From Octopus sinensis (lineage: Eukaryota), in contig NW_021826310.1 in the NCBI RefSeq assembly GCF_006345805.1, positions 1-13,176 on the forward strand: a DNA stretch of 13,176 nt, written 5' to 3'. The notes under the pieces were generated by a model that saw nothing but the letters and a program-made list of their open reading frames with translations, had not been told where the DNA came from and searched no databases. Positions 8,911-13,176 of this stretch are shown here, piece by piece (the first letter of the stretch is position 1; the number at the start of each line of letters is the position of its first letter). The translations under genes and the position numbers were made by a program.

Positions 8911-9094
8911 AATATATGCTTGCCTCTCCGTAAGTGAATTCTAAACCGTTTTCAGCTCCCTGTTGGAAAGTGCTGAAACGGATTAAACCCTAAAAACGCA
9001 AAATTCACATCGCAGGAACTGGGAATCTAATATCCTAAAGAATCTTTTTAGTACTACTTTTTGATAAAGGGTAACAAGTAAGTATATAATAACA

Positions 9095-9323
9095 TTAACC
9101 TTAATTCGTATTCCCGCCTGAGACCGCTCCTGGTTCTCTGATATAAACTTCCTGTTTTAAAGCAATGTAAACTAAAACCTTTCGATAAAATTTAATGCCA
9201 GTTTATGCTCCAGACACCAGATTTAAATTGACAAAGTTATTTTACTAACTTCGTCATTATTTTCTGTATGAAAGGAAACCAGGACAGTATATTTCAACAG
9301 AAATATGGTAACAAAAGTGTTAA
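9095..9323. mobile_element. Possible TTAA-flanked MITE (piggyBac-like), 221 bp between the TTAAs
   Basis: TTAA at 9095-9098 followed by CCTT, and GGTAACAAAAGTG followed by TTAA at 9320-9323. The ends are read as decayed CCC/GGG termini. The TIR match is poor, so the call is largely inference. Confidence 0.45.
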
Positions 9324-9407
9324 AGTGATCTAGATTATAATCTTCCATCAAAAATTTCATGATTATTTATGTTTCAAACAACAGATTAATAATGACCCGT
9401 AAAATAA

Positions 9408-9551
9408 AATGAATGCGCCCTTTTAAAGCCTAACCAGGCTCATGGGACCGGTTTTGCTCAAGAACACAACGCGTCGCCCGGTCCAGGAATCGAAACCGCA
9501 ATCTCACGATCATGGTGCTGACACGCTAACCACTAAGCCACGCGCCTCCAC
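9408..9551 (-). mobile_element. Family C SINE, internally deleted copy
   Basis: Same head and tail as 9556-9810 but lacking 113 bp of the middle. Confidence 0.88.
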
Positions 9552-9555
9552 ATTA

Positions 9556-9810
9556 TAAATGCACCCTTTTAAAGCCTAGCCAGGCTCATGGGCCTGGTTT
9601 CCTGGTTTCTATGGTGTATGTGTTAACCCCCAGCTGGATGGGACGCCAGTCCATTGCAGCGTTACTCATTTTTGCCAGCTGAGTGGACTGGAGCAACGTG
9701 AAATGAAGTGTTTTGCTCAAGAACATAACGCATCGCCCGGTCCAGGAATCGAAACCACAATCTTAGGATCATGATGCTGACATCCTAACCACTAAGCCAC
9801 GCGTCTCCAC
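9556..9810 (-). mobile_element. Family C SINE, apparently full length (tRNA-derived head, CORE-like segment)
   Basis: Minus strand: box A TGGCTTAGTGG, box B-like GGTTTCGATTCC, CORE-like TGTTCTTGAGCAAAACACTT, then ATGGACTGGCGTCCCATCCAG and a GGGTGCATTTAT tail. Confidence 0.88.
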
Positions 9811-9822
9811 AATGATGACCCA

Positions 9823-9910
9823 TACATATATATATACATACGTTATACATAGATCCACTATGTGTGTGTATCTGTGTGTGTGTGTGTATGTTTGTGTGTG
9901 TGTGTGCGCG
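9823..9910. repeat. Compound (TA)/(GT)n microsatellite
   Basis: Direct reading. Confidence 0.85.
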
Positions 9911-10102
9911 TAGCCTACTACTGTGTACTCCAGGGTACAGCGCTCAGAATCTGATATGAGCAAAGATTGTAACCAGGGAATTTAAACCAATATTGGCCTC
10001 ATCACCAAACTGAAAAACTCAAGTATATACATAGGCAGTCTTGCCACCCTCCGGTTATATTTAAGAACTTGATAGAGAATACTAGTATATTTATCTATCT
10101 TA

Positions 10103-10314
10103 CACAGACACACAAACACACGCACACACACACACACACATATATATATACGACGGGCTTCTTTCAGTTTCCGTCTACCAAATCCACTCACAAGGCTTTG
10201 GTCGATCCGAGGCTATAGTAGAAGACACTTGCCCAAGGTGCCACGCAGGTGGACTGAACCCGGAACCATGTGTTTGGTAAGCAAGCTACTTACCGCACAG
10301 CCACTCCTGCACCT
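10103..10314 (-). mobile_element. Family A 5' half (head, CORE, internal microsatellite), truncated at the start of the 3' module
   Basis: 10148-10314 is the reverse complement of AGG(T)GCAGGAGTGG...GAAAGAAGCCCGTCGTATA; the (CA)n and ACACAGACACAC correspond to the internal microsatellite and the first bases of the 3' module. Confidence 0.92.
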
Positions 10315-10510
10315 ATATATAATATACTGATCCGTGATAGAAAATTCAACAAAAAATGTACTCCATCTGATGAGAGATGAATATTATTTATTTAAAGGTC
10401 ACAATACATGTATTAAAGCGCTACTAATAGTTTCATATGTTGAAAGAACTCAATCATATTCTTCAGGTGGAAACCACGTATCATAACGAACTAAAAGAAA
10501 TTGAATAATA

Positions 10511-11674
10511 CAGAGTAACATTGAAAGGCCCTATGCTTACTATTGAAATGAAAAGGTATGCTATGATTGTTGCTTTGAAGGCTAAGCTAGGTGATTTAGA
10601 ACTTTCTCGCTTTCTGAAAGTTGCAAGATCTTTTGTCCACAAGATTCGGTGGGAGTTGGAGAAAGAAGATGGAGGCGTTTTACCAGTATCAAAACGTAAA
10701 AGAACATTCTAAACGATCTGACTCTATCAGGACACCCGAATTTATTCAGGAAGTTAAGCAAAACATTGAAGACAATTCAGGAAAATCAATGAGGTCAACT
10801 GCAAAAAAATTTCGTGTGTCAGAAAAAAACAAAAACAATCAGGAATGTTGTGCACGAAGATATCAGATACAAATTTTTCGTAATGAGCAGAGGTCAATTC
10901 ATGTAAAAAAAAGCAAAAGAAAACCATTTAATCAGATGCAAAAGACTTTTGAACAAACTTAAAAATCCATCAGATGTGTGATTTGGTTTTTCTCAGATGA
11001 GAAAAACTTTGACCAGAAACAGAAAAATAACAGAAGAAACGACCGATGGCTATGTACAGACCCTTCTGAGGTTCCAAGAGTAATGCACACTTTTGGGTGT
11101 TGTTAGCAATGGAGGACATGTGATGTCTCATCACCTTTTTCCACGAGGCCTTAGGGTGAATGCTGCTGCGTATATTGAGGTTCTGGATAAAGTTGTAAAG
11201 CCTTGGATCAACAATGTATGCAATGGGAGGCCTTATGTCTTGTAACAAGATTCTGCACCATCACACAAGTTTCAAATTCACAAGAATGAATGGCCGACAA
11301 TTTCATGATCACATAACCCCCAATATTTGGCCTCCTAATTCTCCAGATCTCAGTCCACTGGACTATTATGTATGAAGCATCATTGATAAAAATGTCAATG
11401 AACACCCCATTGCACCAAAGATTCTTTGAAATCTGCAGTAGTTCGAGTCATGCCTGATATGAACAAGGACCACTTAATCTAAGCTTGTAAATGATTTCGA
11501 CACATCGTAGAAGCAGTTATTGGTGTTAATGGTGGTTCTATTGAATGAAATTATTAAATTGATAATTTAGCTTTATATTTATGTTATTTTTAAAAGTAAA
11601 AATACAGTTTTTTTCTGTTATCATATGAGTTTTTTAAAACTATAAATCTGTCCTCAAATATTGTCTGCACCTTG
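10511..11674 (+). mobile_element. Tc1/mariner-superfamily DD37D (maT-type) DNA transposon, defective
   Basis: Flanked by TA at 10509-10510 and 11675-11676. The right end TTGTCTGCACCTTG|TA is TIR-like, while only CAGAGT remains at the left end. Contains a decayed transposase. Confidence 0.9.
10533..11548 (+). pseudogene. DD37D transposase pseudogene with multiple frameshifts and stops
   Basis: Reconstructed motifs: WFFSDEKNF (D1 at 10996), YVL*QDSAPSH (D2 at 11249) and WPPNSPDLSPLDYYV (D3 at 11361). D2 to D3 is 112 nt, equal to 114 nt (37 intervening codons) minus two 1-bp deletions. N-terminal HTH-like segments lie in ORFs 10521-10712 and 10621-10962. Ends EAVIGVNGGSIE*. Confidence 0.93.
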
Positions 11675-12246
11675 TAGAAAAAAAAAAGAAAAACGTGAGA
11701 AACCGAGAAGCAGCATATAGAAAACGCAGAAAGTAAACAGAAAACGAAAACTGGAAAACAGAAACTGGAAAACGGAAAACGAAATGCAAAAAAAAAACAA
11801 ACTAAATTGTAAAAAAGAAATGAAGTAAAAAGGTAAAAGAGCTTCCTTTTTAGACCTTAAATGATAAGGCTGGAAAGATACTAAATCTGTCACGAATGGG
11901 CAGAATTTTTCAATTCTTCAAGGTCTAAAGAGGATAGCTCCTTTAACTTTTAACTTTTTATTTTTTACATTTTAGCTTTATTGTTTTTCGTTTCCTGTTT
12001 TCGGTTTTTCGTTTTCCGTTGTTTACTGTCTGCATTTTCTATATACTGGCTTCTCGGTTTTTTCGCGTTTCTTCTATTATTCATTTTTTTTTTTGAAGTT
12101 CGTTATATGTGGTTTGCGCCTGAAGAATATGTTTGAGTATTTCTCAACGTATGAAACTATTAGTAACGCTTTAATGCATGTATTGTGACCTTTACATAAA
12201 TCATATGTGTGTGTGTGTGTGTTTGTTTGTTTATAAATGTTGATAT

Positions 12247-12297
12247 AGGCGCAGGTGTGACTGTGGTAAGAAGCTTGCTTCTAACCACATGTTGTCG
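12247..12297 (+). mobile_element. Isolated family A-like tRNA head fragment
   Basis: AGGCGCAGGTGTGACTGTGGTAAGAAGCTTGCTTCTAACCACATG aligns to the family A head and breaks down at box B. Confidence 0.75.
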
Positions 12298-12315
12298 AGT
12301 CAATACTACATAGGT

Positions 12316-12452
<137 letters not shown>

Positions 12453-12851
12453 AGGCGCAGGAGTGTGCTGTGTGGTAAGTAGCTTGCTAACCAACCACAT
12501 GGTTCCGGGTTCAGTCCCACTGCGTGGCATCTTGGGCAAGTGTCTTCTGCTATAGCCCCGGGCCGACCAATGCCTTGTGAGTGGATTTGGTAGACGGAAA
12601 CTGAAAGAAGCCTGTTGTATATATATATGTATTTGTGTGTCTGTGTTTGTCCCCCTAGCATTGCTTGACAACCGATGCTGGTGTGTTTACGTCCCCGTCA
12701 CTTAGCGGTTCGGCAAAAAAGAGACCGATAGAATAAGTACTGGGCTTACAAAGAATAAGTCCCGGGGTCGAGTTGCTCGATTAAAGGCGGTGCTCCAGCA
12801 TGGCCGCAGTCAAATGACTGAAACAAGTAAAAGAGAAAAAGAGAAAAAGAG

Positions 12852-12852
<1 letters not shown>
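12453..12852 (+). mobile_element. Family A SINE, full length, embedded in (TA)n
   Basis: Colinear with 2387-2800; shortest internal microsatellite; tail AAGTAAAAGAGAAAAAGAGAAAAAGAGA followed by (TA)n. Confidence 0.93.
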
Positions 12853-12882
<30 letters not shown>

Positions 12883-13176
12883 GTTTATATGTATATAATT
12901 ATACCTATGGCCGTGCCTTTGTGTCTGTGTGTACAGCGCAGAAAGAGAAGGATACAAGGTTGAGAGCGTTCTAAAGGAAATGCATTCGCGTCGTTATTCG
13001 GTCACAACCGCAAGATCACATTCACAAAACTGAAACGCTACGGCTGTTGCCTGCACTGGAGGCCTAAAAACTCGGTCAATTTCCACAACCGTCCTCTACT
13101 GTCCAATGTCACCTGAACTGATAATATTTGATACACCAAAACTGCATATTGACCCAATATTTGTGAAATCGAGAAA

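Larger units (their letters stand above)
10381..12206. mobile_element. Palindromic foldback/MITE-like element of about 0.66 kb, interrupted by a maT transposon
   Basis: Left arm = 10381-10510 plus 11675-11858; spacer = 11859-11919; right arm = 11920-12206. The arms are imperfect reverse complements (roughly 85% in the outer part, by eye). No coding capacity seen. Confidence 0.85.

Noticed and set aside
9940-10015. Minus-strand TTTTTCAG|FGDEANIGLNSLVTIFAHIRF* as a possible exon
   Set aside because: No convincing donor, an early stop, and no recognisable homology.
10392-12194. TTAA|AGGTCAC terminus suggesting a Kolobok-type TSD for the foldback element
   Set aside because: The right side reads TTAC, and inverted similarity continues about 11 bp beyond the putative TSD, so the true termini are unresolved.

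Overview
Repeat-dominated, AT-rich eukaryotic DNA, most likely intronic or intergenic sequence of an octopus. That assignment is inferred from the tRNA-headed CORE-type SINEs and the microsatellite load, not from a database search. I find no intact, recognisable protein-coding gene; almost every ORF in the supplied track is a translation of a microsatellite or SINE. The window holds: (i) about nine copies or fragments of one bipartite SINE (family A); (ii) a second SINE (family B), once as a 184-bp tandem array and once as a decayed copy; (iii) a head-to-tail pair of a third SINE (family C); (iv) the 3' end of a CR1/L2-type LINE; (v) a probable mariner 5' end and a TTAA-flanked MITE; (vi) a 1.1-kb (GGT)n-derived higher-order repeat; (vii) a dead DD37D (maT-type) Tc1/mariner transposon. 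The clearest unexpected structure is that this transposon sits at a duplicated TA inside one arm of a ~0.66-kb palindromic foldback-like element, whose other arm still shows the empty site. I see no convincing new biological system; the findings concern transposon architecture plus a few weak exon candidates. Family labels A, B and C are my own, and identities are by-eye estimates.
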